Position numbers and translations under genes: made by a program. Positions 61,717 to 64,000 of a stretch of DNA of 64,000 bases are shown here, piece after piece. Each line of letters starts with the position of its first letter. Within the stretch, counting starts at the first letter, position 1. The stretch lies in contig NW_026515682.1 of NCBI RefSeq assembly GCF_025526975.1, forward strand, positions 558,001 to 622,000, given 5' to 3'. Under the pieces are notes generated by a model, which was given only the letters and a program-made list of their open reading frames with translations, was not told the origin of the DNA and ran no database searches. Source of the DNA: Fimicolochytrium jonesii (lineage: Eukaryota).

Positions 61717-62250
61717 ACAGATATCGAAGGACTTGACATAGGCTTCAACAAAGCGCCACTGGCTGGGCAACCCGTAGTTGCGGAAGACGAGTTCGAGCGT
61801 CTTGGACACACCGAAGTGGCGGGCTAGGGGTGTATCGTGCATGTCGTGGCAGATTTCGGCTCGGAGCTCATTGGTGGGGACATAGACAAGGTTATCGTAC
61901 AGCCGAATCTCATCTTCATCCGAGAAGCGTTTGATACGATCTTGGGCTTCTTCGGTTTGTTGGGCGAGGAGGATCTTGAGCTGTTTGGGGATGGTTTTTG
62001 CAAGGTCATCAGTGGTGTGGGCAGCTTTGATCTTGTCGAGGATTGCAGAATCGAGGGGGGTGAGGAATGCAGCGGCAAGGCGGAGACGGTCTGGGGGGAG
62101 ATTTGTCGTTTCCTGGGATCGGAACGCCTCTTCCCCCTCCTTTAGCTCGTATTCGGAGCGGCGAGAGAGGGCGTCAGCCTGGTGTTGCTGGGTGCCGGGT
62201 CGGAAGGTAATGATGAAGTCAAAGTCGGCGAAGAGAATCAACCAGCGTGC
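61717..62250 (-). mobile_element. Family C/E-like RNaseH-integrase fragment
   Basis: ARWLILFADFDF...HQADALSRR...HDTPLARHFG. Confidence 0.85.
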
Positions 62251-62954
62251 TATTGACACCTTAGCTGATATAGGTGTATCTGAGAGGTCACTAAGACTGG
62301 TTCGCCAATGACTGAGGGACGTAGCTGCCCAAAGGGCAGTGTTGTGATGTAGAAGACAGCAGTGTGGCAAGAGTAGTGCGATGGAAAGTAGTGTATTCAA
62401 GAGGATAAAGTGAAGAGAGGGGATGGGCAACAGGTCTGCCTTTTATACGAATCTGAGGCTTCTTTCTTGGGGATTCAGCTATGTGCTGGGGCGTCCAAAG
62501 CACCCTCTGAGACACCTCAGAACGCCCAAGGCGTCTCTGAGTGCCGCAGTTAACTTTGTGAAGGTTTTGCCAAGTCTGTGCAGCCTGCTGATGCCCCCAT
62601 GGACGTCTGCCAAGTCGGCGGAGCCTGCGTCAGGTGCTACCGGCTTCCACAAGCTCAATAAAACCCAATCTAGCTACTACAACCCGATCACAGCTCCATA
62701 CGGGCACTACTGACCGCGGTGAGCTCTAAGAACATCATGAAAGCGCAGTGCTGATGCCTGGATGTCTGGGAAACGGTCCAGACATCTTCAGAGCCTCCCA
62801 AGACGCGTCCTAAGCCTTGCAGAGCCTTGTAAGTGCCGCATCTTGATGCTATCTCAATACTCCCTCTCACTTGAAGGCTCTGCAGCCTCTAAGTGCATCG
62901 CAGCTCTCAGACATGTGAAGTCTGGCATGGTGAGGGGCTTGGTGAGCACTTCAG
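62251..62954 (-). mobile_element. Copia family H 3' LTR (62251-62859) plus RNaseH end
   Basis: Homologous to 38280-38972; same TATTGA...TCAATA termini. Confidence 0.9.
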
Positions 62955-64000
62955 TGTTATGGACGACGCGCCCATACCATAAGCTTACCTACTGACAGCC
63001 GCCAATGTCAACCGCCAAATGTCAAACGCCAATGTCAATGTCAATGTCAGTGTCAATGTCAGTGTCAATGTCAATGTCAATGCCACTCCCCCTCTCTCCT
63101 CTCATTTCGCCAATCCTCTTGCAATATTGCCACTCCCCCTCTCTCCTCTCATTTCGCCAATCCTCTTGCAATATTGCCACTCCTCCTCTCTCCTCTCATT
63201 TTGCCAATCCCCCCTCGGCTTCTCCACATCCCCCACTACTTCTCCATAGCCAGCAGCTGTAGCAATGCTCTCTACGCTCGCCACGCACGCTCTAGGAGCA
63301 AAGCTGGCGCCCCCCCAGTCCCCTCTGGTTGTTGTTGTTCTCTGATCTGCTGGGTTGCCTATCTATAAATAGCCGGCCTCTCTTCGTCCATTCCTTTCCT
63401 CCCCAGCAGATCAACACCAGTTCTTCTCATCTCTTGTTCTAGTCCTTGTCTCTTGTTTCGCCAATACAATCTCTTGTCGCCCATCGCTCTCGCCTTGTCT
63501 TCTCTACTTCGCTTCCGCCTCAGTCGTCGAGATCATAACAGTTTGATCTGCTCCAACACTGCGAAGTTCAGAACCCGTCAAGCCCTGCATCTGCCGACCC
63601 TTTTTCGCCATGCCCCAATCTGAATGCGTCCCTTTCACCGCTAAGCAATGAAATAATATGTGCCAAGCCATCGCCGCCTTGCAGGCCGACCTAGCCCAAG
63701 CCCAAGCCGACGCACCAGCTGCCCAGAACATTGCCCCCCAGGTTCATCCCGATGCGTAAACCCATCCCCAAGTCACCCTAGCACCCAACACCAGCTCGGC
63801 TCAACACCTCCAGTAACCCGGTCACCCTGTAACTAAACCCCATACCCCGACACACCACCTCCGACACCCTGAGACCCTCAACACTCCACCCGCTCTGTCC
63901 GTGTGGTTTCCTTGGACTTTCTCACCTCCGCATCTACTGCAACGGAAGAAGCCAACCCTCTCGTTCTTGCTCGACACCCCTGTTTTCCGGTCATCCCAAT
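62955..64000 (+). mobile_element. Family C element C4: 5' LTR (62955-63540), self-priming PBS, degenerate gag
   Basis: TG...CA LTR; GTTTGATCTGCT at 63541; gag start with stops. Confidence 0.9.

Overview
GC-rich, intron-containing eukaryotic DNA, probably fungal. A chytrid or other early-diverging fungus is inferred from the Fanzor type and the short GT-AG introns. The window has two zones. (1) 1-11.2 kb holds a spliced 7-exon Fanzor1 gene (eukaryotic TnpB/Cas12-like RNA-guided nuclease) with two premature stops and a structured omegaRNA-like 3' end. A second, 5'-truncated copy lies inverted 5 kb away and carries the same scaffold next to a different flank, i.e. a different putative guide. Between the two copies sit an intact cactin gene and a USP-like gene with a degenerate Cys box; a Tc1/mariner DD34E element follows. 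(2) 11.26-64 kb is a gene-free block of nested LTR retrotransposons. It contains self-priming (Tf1-type) chromoviruses with a covarying -1 frameshift hairpin, Ylt1-like Ty3/gypsy elements, and two Ty1/copia families with non-canonical LTR ends. One copia carries an integrase chromodomain and an antisense accessory ORF. All family assignments come from motifs read by eye; no database search was run.
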